Source: Trichosphaerium sp. ATCC 40318 (Eukaryota > Protista > Tubulinea). From it: a stretch of 64,000 nucleotides of DNA. The stretch is taken from the NCBI GenBank assembly GCA_038496445.1, contig JALMLS010000371.1:1-64000 (forward strand), in the 5' to 3' direction. Position numbers and translations under genes: made by a program. Below, one piece after another: positions 1 to 12,234 of the stretch; position 1 is the stretch's first letter; each line of letters opens with the position of its first letter. A model generated the notes under the pieces. It was not told the origin of the DNA. It saw only the letters and a list, made by a program, of their open reading frames with translations, and did no database searches.

Positions 1-213
1 TTGACGATTGGAGGCGATCGGCTTTGGGGTGAGATGGTTGAGTTTTGAGTTTGTCAATTTTTTTATTTTGAATTTTTCTCCAAATTTTTCTATTAAGGAC
101 AGGACATGGTTTAAAACACGCAAATGGCACGTTTTGGGCACATTTTGGGCACGTTTATTTTCCACGCAAATGACACGTTTTAGGCACGCGTATTTTGTCC
201 GATTACTCCACTG
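1..213 (-). mobile_element. Family A TIR element end, cut by the window edge (mirror of the copy starting at 6819)
   Basis: Ends in tgtccgattactccactg, a variant of the family A TIR, preceded by CACGTTTTGGG repeats. Confidence 0.85.
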
Positions 214-468
214 ATGTGGCACATACTTTTCACATGTACATTACATGTACATATTAAACAAAATAAGTACAATTTTTTTACAAAAAGAATTGTATCAAAC
301 AGTTTCTACTATGTACATCATAATAAACCATACTATTTAGAAATTGTATTTTATTTAACCATTAATTTGGAATGGTATGTTTGTGTAATGAATTTCCAAA
401 TATGTTTTGTTCCATTGGATCAAGTACTACAGCTGTGTTTCTGATTATGTTATTTGCTGTAACAATAC

Positions 469-1575
469 CAGTGGTGGAATCGGACAAAATACGCGTGCCT
501 AAAACGTGCCATTTGCGTGGAAAATAAACGTGCCCAAAACGTGCCCAAAACGTGCCATTTGCGTGTTGTATATTTGCAATAAACGTGCCCAAAACGTGCC
601 ATTTGCGTGTTTTAACCATGACCTGTCCTTAATAGAAATTTGGAGAAAAATTCAAAATAAAAAAATTGACAAACTCAAACTCAACCATCTCACCCCAAAG
701 CCGATCGCCTCCAATCGTCAACAATAAAACATGTATTTTCACCCAAGTAAGCAGTAGTTAGGTTTGTATTGGCATGGCTTTAAAAGTAGGCGAAAAATCT
801 AAAAATACCCAAAACCAACAATTTCTTGATTTTCCTATTTTTCGTGAATAACTCAGGTTACTAGTACGAATCCTTTAAAAAACGAAGTATGGCCCACTAT
901 TAGGTACGATGCATGGTTTCGTGGTGGTTGGGGTTCGGTGCCCCTTTTTAAGGCAAAAAACGATAGAAAATAGATATTTAGGGTAGATTAAGGATATTAT
1001 GGCTCAATAACTCCATTAAACCCCGTTTTAAAGACGATTATTGGATTTGAGATTTTTGCCTAATTAGGTAAGTTCTTGCTTAAGTATTTACGATAAGGCA
1101 GGATTGGCGAAAAAAGCAGGTAAAATGGCAAAAACATGAAGTTGGTTGATATAAACTGGGTATTGTTTATGTGGGGATAGTTTTATGTAAAGTTTGTAAT
1201 AATTGTACCAAACCTCTTTGTAATCGTTATGTGTTATGTATCGTAATAAACTGTTATTTTCTTTTCCTCTATAAAGTGGTGTTTTATGCGTGCCCAAAAC
1301 GTGTGATATGCGTGGCAAATATGCGTGCCCAAAACGTGCCCAAAACGTGGAAAATAACGTGCTAAAACGTGCCCAAAAACGTAGATAATAAACGTGCCCA
1401 AAACGTGTCCAAAACGTGTGATTTGCGTGGCCAGCATGTGGAAGAGAAACGTTGCCTTTTGCGTGGAAAAAAAACGTGCCCAAAACGTGTCCAAAACGTG
1501 TCTTTTGCGTGGAAAATAAACGTGCCCAAAACGTGCCCAAACGTGCGATTCGCGTTCTGTCCGATTCCACCACTG
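469..1575 (+). mobile_element. Non-autonomous TIR DNA transposon, family A, complete (1107 bp), 2-bp TSD AC
   Basis: 18-bp perfect TIRs CAGTGGTGGAATCGGACA...TGTCCGATTCCACCACTG with AAAACGTGCCC subterminal arrays at both ends. Flanked by ac|...|ac. The empty site gctgtaacagt-ac-tgtaatcaag is at about 8358-8380. Confidence 0.92.
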
Positions 1576-2959
1576 ACTGTAATCAAGATTTTGGCATATA
1601 CAAAACCTGTATGTGACACATACTTTTGTCTTGTATTAGTTCATATGTGGCACACTTTTGACATGTATCTAACCTGTATGTGGTGCATATTTACTCAAAG
1701 GTATGTTAAAGTATCTGACATTGTTAAACACAACCCAACGCAAACCAACTGATATAAAATGGCCTCCTACCCTAAAAATTATGTTAGATAACAGTTGAAA
1801 GGTTCACAAAATGCTTAAGGCTGTTAGTTCTCTATGGAAAAATCAACAAACCACATGATATTTTGGAGATTTCTATCAAAATTACTTTCTGCCAGACACA
1901 CAAAGCCAGTATCCTTTAAATGTCATTGTCTCTTTTTGAATGGAATTATGCCAAAACTATTGAAAGTATGCTTGTCAAATGTATTTCACCAAATCTAAAT
2001 GGATGGTTGACTATACTTTGAAATATCCATTTAACAAAGAAAAAGCCATACATATCAGTTTTGTTATGCATTGTATTTGATTATTAGGGCATTTACTTAC
2101 AAACTAGAGGAGAAAACTTAATAAAGTGCAAAATGTAGCTTTTTGCTGTGTTTTGTTGTTTTATTGCATAACTTTGGTCTTTCTGTACAAACCACTCAGA
2201 AAATGTAGCATTAGGTATGATGCATGGTTTCATGGTGGTTTGGGGTTCAGTGCACCATTTTTAGGCAAAAACGACAGAAAATATGTATTTGGAGTAGTTT
2301 AAGGATATTATGGCTTAATAGCTATATTAAACCACTTTTTAAAGGCGATTATGGGTTTCAAGCATTTTTCTGAAATAGTCACTAAGTTGTGGTGGTTAAG
2401 TTGCAGTTGTAGGTCAGTAAGGCATGATGATAGAAATATCTCCAGAAACATGGTCGTTTTGTGGTAATGTATTGTAATGTATTGTAATGCTGTAATCAGA
2501 GATCACTTGTGTCATTAGTTCTTGTGAAGAGTGATAAAGCAAAAAAACAAGGAAAAAAAACAAAACATAATTAATATTTTAACCTTTATGTTCTTGCTGT
2601 CATGGACAGTCCACAAACAAAGTGACCACATTGCCACTTTGTGTTGATAAAGTCACAATGAATACAGCAAAAAAGTCACAACCATGCTTATCAGTCCATA
2701 TATCACTGATTATGGCTGGTTAGAGAGATTTTGCCTTTTTCATTTGTAAGGCTTCTTTGATGGTCTCCATTTGATTGATAAACTTGTTTTTAGCTTTTAA
2801 TGCAAGTAATTGAAGAAAGGGTAACTTGATCACACATTAAGGCATTTAACAAATGTTCTGAGAGTATAGTTTGGATTACAATGAAAGAGCAGACATTTTT
2901 AGTTATGGGTAAGGATTCTTCATATTTTGACATGGTTGTTAAAACAGTTACTGCTAGGC

Positions 2960-3249
2960 TTGTTATGCTGGAACTAATCACACGTGCCAAGATTGGGGTT
3001 GTCATTAAAGAGAACTGTTCAAAATTCATTTGCTTTGGAAGAAAGGAGGCGCAAAAGCTTGTTCCCCGCATGTGTCCCCCACATTTTTCCAAATTGGTAC
3101 ATTATTTAATAATGTTGGGTATTAATAGGCTTTAAGGCAATGTTATGTTGTAATATGATCCTAAGGACAGACCTCCCTTTAAAAAGATTATAATGGCCCT
3201 AAAGCAAATGAAAGAGTCTTGGAAAAACACAGAGCTAAAAACCTACTAG
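2960..3249 (+). pseudogene. TKL-type protein kinase C-lobe fragment in the palindrome spacer
   Basis: MLELITRAK...VPRMCPPHFSKL, a GT-AG intron, then AMLCC/(frameshift)YDPKDRPPFKKIIMALKQM, i.e. kinase subdomains IX-XI. Confidence 0.6.
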
Positions 3250-4019
3250 ATAATAAATGTTCAATTGTTTTAAAGGATGGTGCCTTCTTTTTACCTGACA
3301 AACCTTTTAGTTAAGACCAAAACACTATTTTAGTAGCCAAGGCTGTGTTTAACCATTTTTTTCCATATTTGTTCAAAGGTATGCTAAAGTGTCTGACATT
3401 GTCAAACACAACACACCCAAAGCTTCTGAAAATACACTCAAAGTAAGGAAAAAGCAATTCATATAAGCTCCATTATGCATTGCATATGAAAATGTTGCAA
3501 TTCATTTATACATGATCAGGAAATTTCCAACACTCACAAGCAATGTTTTGGCATCAACAAAACAGTCTTGTAGCCTTGAATATTACCAATTCCCAATGTG
3601 AATCATTACCAGACAAAGACAAGTTTATACAAGTGGCCACTACTGGAAATTGCTAATTGGATGGTTGATTTTAAAGAAACATGGGAGGATTGGGGTGCTG
3701 GTTTACTCCACCTCCTGATCCACCCCCTTTACCACCTACCAACTCCAAAAAACACTTATATCAACAACCAGTTAAAATTACTAACCCCACCCATATGTAG
3801 GTAGTAGGCAAAGACACAACTATTACTTAGATGATGAAAGCTCAGACGAGTGGGATGAAGATCTTTATTTTGAACTATGAAAATATAAAATGTAATAAAC
3901 AGCACACATGGTTATTGTCGTCCACAGCACAATAAACCCATCTTTTTTATTAAAAAAAAAAGTGGCATACAAACTCTGCATCAACACTACTCAACAACAT
4001 CACAGAAAAACTCAAGTAT

Positions 4020-4433
4020 CTCAAATCAATGGGATTTAAAGCCCCTCAAGACATCACTGTGAGGAGAAAGAAGAAATTGACACCAGATTAGTCAACTGGG
4101 TATTACAGCACTTTAAACTTTGGAAATTGTTGGTGCAATTTGTTTTTTTGCTCAATAATCCAAACTATACTCTCAGAACATTTGTTAAATGCCTTAATGT
4201 GTGATCAAGTTACCCTTTCTTCAATTACTTGCATTAAAAGCTAAAAACAAGTTTATCAATCAAATGGAGACCATCAAAGAAGCCTTACAAATGAAAAAGG
4301 CAAAATCTCTCTAACCAGCCATCATCAGTGATATATGGACTGATAAGCATGGTTGTGACTTTTTTGCTGTATTCATTGTGACTTTATCAACACAAAGTGG
4401 CAATGTGGTCACTTTGTTTGTGGACTGTCCATG
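4020..4433 (+). pseudogene. hAT-like DDE transposase remnant (partial mirror copy at about 2600-2878, minus strand)
   Basis: Manual translation gives ...IKEALQMKKAKSL*PAIISDIWTDKHGCDFFAVFIV, matching the hAT first catalytic-Asp motif (xxxDxWTD...F/YxAV). Stops and frameshifts are present. Confidence 0.65.
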
Positions 4434-5456
4434 ACAGCAAGAACATAAAGGTTAAAATATTAATTATGTTTTGTTTTTTTCCTTGTTTTTTTGCTTTATC
4501 ACTCTTCACAAGAACTAATGACACAAGTGATCTCTGATTACAGCATTACAATACATTACAATACATTACCACAAAACGACCATGTTTCTGGAGATATTTC
4601 TATCATCATGCCTTACTGACCTACAACTGCAACTTAACCACCACAACTTAGTGACTATTTCAGAAAATGCTTGAAACCCATAATCGCCTTTAAAAAGTGG
4701 TTTAATATAGCTATTAAGCCATAATATCCTTAAACTACTCCAAATACATATTTTCTGTCGTTTTTGCCTAAAAATGGTGCACTGAACCCCAAACCACCAT
4801 GAAACCATGCATCATACCTAATGCTACATTTTCTGAGTGGTTTGTACAGAAAGACCAAAGTTATGCAATAAAACAACAAAACACAGCAAAAAGCTACATT
4901 TTGCACTTTATTAAGTTTTCTCTCTAGTTTGTAAGTAAATGCCCTAATAATCAAATACAATGCATAACAAAACTGATATGTATGGCTTTTTCTTTGTTAA
5001 ATGGATATTTCAAAGTATAGTCAGACCATCCATTTAGATTTGGTGAAATACATTTGACAAGCATACTTTCAATAGTTTTGGCATAATTCCATTCAAAAAA
5101 GAGACAATGACATTTTAAAGGATACTGGCTTTGTGTGTCTGGCAGAAAGTAATTTTGATAGAAATCTCCAAAATATCATGTGGTTTGTTGATTTTCCATA
5201 GAGAACTAACAGCCTTAAGCATTTTGTGAACCTTTCAATGTTATCTAACATAATTTTTAGGGTAGGAGGCCATTTTATATCAGTTGGTTTGCGTTGGGTT
5301 GTGTTTAACAATGTCAGATACTTTAACATACCTTTGAGTAAATATGCACCACATACAGGTTAGATACATGTCAAAAGTGTGCCACATATGAACTAATACA
5401 AGACAAAAGTATGTGTCACATACAGGTTTTGTATATGCCAAAATCTTGATTACAGT

Positions 5457-6566
5457 CAGTGGTGGAATCGGACAGAACGCGAATCGCACGTTTTGGGCAC
5501 GTTTTGGGCACGTTTATTTTCCACGCAAAAGACACGTTTTGGACACGTTTTGGGCACGTTTTTTTTCCACGCAAAAGGCACGTTTCTCTTCCACATGCTG
5601 GCCACGCAAATCACACGTTTTGGACACGTTTTGGGCACGTTTATTATCTACGTTTTGGGCACGTTTTAGGCACGTTTATTTTCCACGTTTTGGGCACGTT
5701 TTGGGCACGCATATTTGCCACGCATATCACACGTTTTGGGCACGCATAAAACACCACTTTATAGAGGAAAAGAAAATAACAGTTTATTACGATACATAAC
5801 ACATAACGATTACAAAGAGGTTTGGTACAATTATTACAAACTTTACATAAAACTATCCCCACATAAACAATACCCAGTTTATATCAACCAACTTCATGTT
5901 TTTGCCATTTTACCTGCTTTTTTCGCCAATCCTGCCTTATCGTAAATACTTAAGCAAGAACTTACCTAATTAGGCAAAAATCTCAAATCCAATAATCGTC
6001 TTTAAAACGGGGTTTAATGGAGTTATTGAGCCATAATATCCTTAATCTACCCTAAATACTATTTTCTATCGTTTTTGCCTTAAAAAGGGGCACCGAACCC
6101 CAACCACCACGAAACCATGCATCGTACCTAATAGTGGGCCATACTTCGTTTTTTAAAGGATTCGTACTAGTAGACCTGAGTTATTCACGAAAAATAGGAA
6201 AATCAAGAAATTGTTGGTTTTTGGGTATTTTTAGATTTTTTCGCCTACTTTTAAAGCCATGCCAATACAAACCTAACTACTGCTTACTTGGGTGAAAATA
6301 CATGTTTTATTGTTGACGATTGGAGGCGATCGGCTTTGGGGTGAGATGGTTGAGTTTTGAGTTTGTCAATTTTTTTATTTTGAATTTTTCTCCAAATTTC
6401 TATTAAGGACAGGTCATGGTTAAAACACGCAAATGGCACGTTTTGGGCACGTTTATTGCAAATATACAACACGCAAATGGCACGTTTTGGGCACGTTTTG
6501 GGCACGTTTATTTTCCACGCAAATGGCACGTTTTAGGCACGCGTATTTTGTCCGATTCCACCACTG
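5457..6566 (-). mobile_element. Family A TIR element, complete (mirror copy of 469-1575), TSD GT
   Basis: Same TIRs, flanked by gt|...|gt. Confidence 0.92.
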
Positions 6567-6818
6567 GTATTGTTACAGCAAATAACATAATCAGAAACAC
6601 AGCTGTAGTACTTGATCCAATGGAACAAAACATATTTGGAAATTCATTACAAACATACCATTCCAAATTAATGGTTAAATAAAATACAATTTCTAAATAG
6701 TATGGTTTATTATGATGTACATAGTAGAAACTGTTGATACAATTCTTTTTGTAAAAAAATTGTACTTATTTTGTTTAATATGTACATGTATTGTACATGT
6801 GAAAAGTATGTGCCACAT

Positions 6819-7740
6819 CAGTGGTGGAATCGGACAAAATACGCGTGCCTAAAACGTGTCATTTGCGTGGAAAATAAACGTGCCCAAAATGTGCCCAAAA
6901 CGTGCCATTTGCGTGTTTTAACCATGTCCTGTCCTTAATAGAAATTTGGAGAAAAATTCAAAATAAAAAAAATGACAAACTCAAAACTCAACCATCTCAC
7001 CCCAAAGCCGATCGCCTCCAATCGTCAACAATAAAACATGTATTTTCACCCAAGTAAGCAGTAGTTAGGTTTGTATTGGCATGGCTTTAAAAGTAGGCGA
7101 AAAAATCTAAAAATACCCAAAAACCAACAATTTCTTGATTTTCCTATTTTTCGTGAATAACTCAGGTCTACTAGTACGAATCCTTTAAAAAACAAAGTAT
7201 GGCCCACTATTAGGTACGATGCATGGTTTCGTGGTGGTTTGGGGTTTGGTGCCCCTTTTTAAGGCAAAAACGATAGAAAATAGGTATTTAGGGTAGTTTA
7301 AGGATATTATGGCTCAATAACTCCATTAAACCCTTTTTAAAGACGATTATTGGATTTGAGATTTTTGCCTAATTAGGTAAGTTCTTGCTTAAGTATTTAC
7401 AATAAGGCAGGATTGGTGAAAAAGCAGGTAAAATGGCAAAACATGAAGTTGGTTGATATTACTGGGTATCGTTTATGTGGAGATAGTTTTATGTAAAGTT
7501 TGTAATAATTGTACCAAACCTCTTTGTAATCGTTATGTGTTATGTATCGTAATAAATCGTTATTTACTTTTCCTCTATAAAGTGGTGTTTTATGTGTGCC
7601 AAAACGTGTGATATGCGTGGCAAATATGCGTGCCCAAAACGTGCCCAAAACGTGAAAATAAACGTGCCTAAACATGCCCAAAACGTAGATAATAAATGTG
7701 CCCAAAACGTGTCCAAACGTGCGATTTGCGTGGCCAGCAT
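6819..7740 (+). mobile_element. Family A TIR element, truncated at its right end
   Basis: Starts CAGTGGTGGAATCGGACA inside a decayed family B repeat array, is collinear with 469-1437, then joins family C sequence abruptly at 7741. Confidence 0.85.
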
Positions 7741-7953
7741 TACCACTAAACAACCATATTTGACCTTTTTGAAAAGATATTTTAGACATCATGCCTTATT
7801 AGCCTAACCCCAACTTAATATCCACAACTTAACCACTATTTCAGAAAAATGCTTGAAACCCATAATCACCTTTAAAAAGTGGTTTAATAGAGCACATGCT
7901 TACACATACATTGTATGGAAAAAAAAGGAGTATGTTTTGTAGAGTACAGATCA

Positions 7954-10180
7954 CAGTAGTGAAATCGGAATTTTGACACGTACAATATATGTACGTGGCA
8001 TGTACTTTTCACACGTACAATATACGTACGTGGCACGTACTTTTCACACGTACAATATACGTACGTGCCACATACTTTTTCACACGTACAATATACGTAC
8101 GTGCCACGTACTTTTCACACGTACAATATACGTACGTGGCACGTATGTGTTACATACGTATTAAACAAAATAAGTAAAATTGTACAAAAAGAACTGTATC
8201 AACAGTTTCTACTATGTACATCATAATAAACCATACTATTGAGAAATTGTATTTTATTTAACCATTAATTTGGCATGGTATGTTTGTAATGATTTTCCAA
8301 ATATGTTTTGTTTCCATTGGATCAAGTACTACAGCTGTGTTTCTGATTATGTTATTTGCTGTAACAGTACTGTAATCAAGATTTTGGCATATACAAAACC
8401 TGTATATGACACATACTTTTGCCTTGTACTGTGACACATACTTTTGACATGTACCTAACCTGCATGTGGTACGTACTTACTCAAAGGTATGTTAAAGTAT
8501 CTGACATTGTCAAACACAACCCAACCCAAACCTACTTTTTTTTTTTTTTTTCAAAAAAGGTGGGTTTATTGTGCCAACCCAAACCTACTGATAAAATGGC
8601 CTTTACACTAAAAATTATGTTGATAACAGTTGAAAGGTTCACAAAATGCTTAACTCTGTTAGTTCTTTAAGGAGAATCAACAAACCACATGATATTTTGG
8701 AGATTTCAAAAAATTTACTTTCTGCCAGACACACAAATAGCCAGTGTATCCTTTACAATGTCATTGTCTCTTTTTTGAATGAAACTATGCCAAAGCTATT
8801 GGAAGTATGTTTGTCAAACATATCTCACCAAATCTAAATGGATGGTCTGACTATACTTTGAAATATTCATCTAACAAAGAAAAAGCTATACAAAACAGTT
8901 TTGTTATGCATTGTATTTGGAAGTGTAGGAATTCACTTTTTTTTGACAATGAAATACCTCCACAAAAAGTCATGTTTTGGCACCAACAAAACATTCTTAT
9001 TACACTCAATATAAATAACTCTCAATGTGTATCATTGTTAGATGAAGGAAAATTTACACAGATAGAAATTATGGGAAAGCTAAATGGCCAACTTTATTTT
9101 TTTGAACTATATGAAAAACAACTTGTAAAAAAATGCATGCATGGCCTGTATGTGTGGCATGTACTTTCAAACTGTATCTAATTTGTATGTGGCATGTACT
9201 TTTAACATGTACATAAAAAAGGTAAAAAAAAATTTGCCCAAAAATTCTGGCATTTGGTAGCCAAAAAATTCAAAAAAAAATCTCAAAAAATAACAGACAG
9301 CTTGTAGTCGCAAGGTACGAAACCATGTATTATTAATAAAAGAGGGTGTTTAGGATTATTAGGGCATTTACTTAAAAACTAGAGGAGAAAACTTAATAAA
9401 GTGCAAAATGTAGCTTTTTGCTGTGTTTTGTTGTTTTATTGCATAACTTAGGTCTCTCTGTACGAACCACTCAGAAAATGTAGCATTAGGTATAATTAGG
9501 TACAATGCATGGTTTCATGGTGGTTTGGGGTTCAGTGCACCATTTTTAGGCAAAAACGACAGAAAATATGTATTTGGAGTAGTTTAAGATATTATGGCTT
9601 AATAGCTCTATTAAACCACTTTTAAAGGCGATTATGGGTTTCAAGCATTTTTCTGAAATAGTGGTTAAGTTGTGGTGGTTAAGTTGCAGTTGTAGGTTGG
9701 TAAGGCATGATGATAGAAATATCTCCTGAAACATGGTCGTTTAGTGGTAATGTATTGTAATGTATTGTAATGTATTGTATGTAGTGTATTGTAATGTATT
9801 GTAATGTATATGTAGTTGTAATTACCAATAAACCAATCCATCGTTTTTAGTATTTTTTGTTCAAAACGAGGCAAAATTCCAACTTTTGACACGTACAATA
9901 TACGTACGTGGCACGTACTTTTCACACGTACAATATACGTACGTGGCACGTACTTTTCGCACGTACAATATACGTACGTGGCACGTACTTTTCGCACGTA
10001 CAATATACGTACGTGGCACGTACTTTTCACACGTACAATATACGTACGTGCCACGTACTTTTCACACGGATGAAATACGTACGTGGCACGTATTTTGACA
10101 CGTACAATATACGTACATGCCACGTACTTTTTCACACGTACAATATACGTACTTCACACGTACTTCCGATTTTACTACTG
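7954..10180 (+). mobile_element. Non-autonomous TIR DNA transposon, family B (2227 bp with internal cargo), 2-bp TSD CA
   Basis: TIRs CAGTAGTGAAATCGGAA...TTCCGATTTTACTACTG. A 35-bp subterminal unit ACACGTACAATATACGTACGTGGCACGTACTTTTC is arrayed at both ends. (TGTAA/TGTAT)n tract at about 9745-9820. Flanked by ca|...|ca. Confidence 0.9.
8590..9140 (+). pseudogene. Decayed non-LTR retrotransposon ORF2 C-terminal (zf-RVT-like) fragment carried inside family B; related pieces at about 1750-2080, 3450-3670 and 4950-5285
   Basis: Translation includes SQCIL... and FVMHCIWKCRNSLFFDN, resembling the IWxxRNxxxF motif at the end of L1/Tx1-clade ORF2. Confidence 0.55.
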
Positions 10181-10699
10181 CAACAATACAGAATCCATAT
10201 GAGTTACATACTGGACAAAAGTGTACAGATTTTGTATTGAAAGATACAGGTTAGGTACAGGTCAAAAGTACAGGTTTTGTACAGGTTTAGTATGAGTCAA
10301 AATCCTGATTCCAGTACCAAGAATACAACACTGGCACTTTTCAAACATGAAAATAGAGCATGTGGGGATTTTTTCACTTTCACATTTCTCTCCTCTAAAG
10401 AAAAAAAAAGCTGTGTGAAACAACAAAACATCTTTAATGTCACTTGAAAATGAAGAAAAACATCTAGTGACCTTATTGCTCCGTGAAAAGATTTACAAGG
10501 TACTAGCCATGCAATTTAGGCATTTTTGTAAAAAACAAGACATTATTTGGATGAAAATGCCTTGTTGAGTTTCAATCCTGAAGATGGGTTATTGTGCTGT
10601 GGATGACAATAACCACATGCTTTGTTATGTGTTTGTTTGCATAATGCAAAATAAAACTTCATGTACATAATGCATGTTATTTTATAATGCATTGTTTTT

Positions 10700-10990
10700 C
10701 ATACAAGATATAGCTTAAGCCTCAAAATTCCAATGGGCTATTAATTGCTAAAATCCATGATATACTAAGCTTGCAATAGTTACACAAAGTGTGTGAATCA
10801 TGTCTGTGTTTTTGACAGTCTTTTCAATTTCTCTAAAAGTGTATTATTTTGAAATAAACTAAGGGTTTTAACAATTTGAGCTACAAACAATTTTGCTGCA
10901 ACTTTCAAGTCCATTGCCCTAAATTATGTGCAAAGACACCAAAAAAGCCAGCTTGCTTTAAGGCTTCACTAGTATTTTTGAGTGTCATCT
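10700..10990 (-). pseudogene. Possible second hAT-like transposase fragment (CxxH region)
   Basis: Minus strand tgg tgt [c] ttt gca cat aat tta reads WCFAHNL if one inserted base is removed. Heavily decayed. Confidence 0.35.
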
Positions 10991-11009
10991 CTTAGCAAGT
11001 TTCTTTTTG

Positions 11010-11997
11010 CAGTACTGGAATTGGGATTTTGACCCGTACTAAACCCGTACGGAACCCGTACTTTTGACCCGTACTAAACCCGTACAGAACCTGTACTTTT
11101 GACCCGTACTTAACCCGTACAGGTTCCGTATTGTTGACCCGTACTCTACCCGTACGGGTTACGTATGGGATCCGTACGGGTAGAGTACAATTAAATAATA
11201 TGAAAAATTGGATACAAAATATACTCCTCTTTTTCATACATTGTATGTGTACACATATATCACATGTGTGCCAAAACCACAACCATCAGTATACACTTGC
11301 AATCAAAAAAAAAATTTGGCCATCAAATTTTGTTTGGATTTGGCAATCAAAAAATCCAAAAAAAATTACTGCAATTAAATGGCAGCTTGTAATCGTAAGG
11401 TACAAAACATGTATTATTAATAGATGAGGGTGTTTTAAGGTTATTAGGGCATTTACTTAAAAAGTAGAGGAGAAAACTTAATAAAGTGCAAAATGTAGCT
11501 TTTTGCTGAATTTTGTTGTTTTATTGAATAACTTTGGTCTGACTGTACGAACTGCTCAGAAAATGTAGCATTAGGTATATTTAGGTACGATGCATGGTTT
11601 CATGATGGTTTGGGGATCAACTCACCATTTTTAGGCAAAAACGACAGAAAATATGTATTTGGAGTAGTTTAAGGATATTATGGCCTAATAGCTCTATTAA
11701 ACCACTTTTTAAAGGCGATTATGGGTTTCAAGCATTTTTCTGAAGTAGTCGTTAAGTTGTGGATATTAAGTTGGGTTTTAGGACAATTAAGGCATGATGT
11801 CTAAAATATCTCCTCAAACAGGTCAAAAACATGGTCGTTTAGTGGTAGTGGGGTTGTAATGTAATGTAATGTATGTATTGTAATGTGTTGTAATGTAAAT
11901 GTACTTGTAATAGTTAAGAAAACAATAAACCAATCCATCGTTTTTACTATTTTGTGTACACAATTATAACTGCTGACACATATTTTGACCCGTACCT
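11010..11997 (+). mobile_element. Family C TIR element, right end missing
   Basis: Starts CAGTACTGGAATTGGG, has 35-bp subterminal units built on GACCCGTAC, and shares the internal core and TGTAA tract with family B. Confidence 0.8.
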
Positions 11998-12234
11998 GCA
12001 AATGAATTGCCTATTGTTTTTTGCTAATTTGCAATAGCAAAACCAGGCATTTGCCAACAAACAGCAAATACCTACATTTGCCAGCAAATGACAAATATCA
12101 AAATTTGCCAACAACTTGCCATAGATATTTTTACATCATCAAATGTCATTTGGTAAGTGCCAACTCCAGTGACATTTGGTAGGTGCCAACTCCAGTGACA
12201 TTTGGTAGGTAATGAAACTCCAATTTCAGCCCTG
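11998..12234 (-). mobile_element. End fragment of a fourth TIR family (D)
   Basis: Minus strand begins CAGGGCTGAAATTGG (same TIR consensus as A-C), followed by tandem CACCTACCAAATGTCACTGGAGTTGG units and TTTGCCA repeats. Confidence 0.65.

Larger units (their letters stand above)
1..7028. repeat. Large inverted duplication: arms 1-2878 and 4156-7028, unique spacer 2879-4155
   Basis: Position 1 (ttgacgattggaggcgatcg) is the reverse complement of the sequence ending at 7028. The match runs inward to ...gagtatagtttggatta (2878) / taatccaaactatactc (4156), with only scattered substitutions and small indels. Confidence 0.95.
7741..10317 (-). mobile_element. Decayed family C TIR element interrupted by the family B element
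   Basis: 7741-7953 and 10181-10317 are reverse-complement matches to parts of the family C copy at 11010-11997, with CpG-to-TpG/CpA changes. TIR remnant cctgattccagtac at about 10304-10317. Confidence 0.75.

Noticed and set aside
8-7807. Many ORFs with FGHVLGTF / VPKTCPKR / TFWARF repeats
   Set aside because: These are translations of the stop-free family A subterminal repeats in several frames on both strands, not proteins.
9745-9820. Telomeric repeat (TGTAA/TGTAT tract; also about 2465-2495 and 11855-11900)
   Set aside because: Short, degenerate and always at the same internal position in family B/C elements.
7973-11427. ORFs with TRTIYVRGTYF / PVRV repeats
   Set aside because: Translations of the 35-bp subterminal arrays of families B and C.
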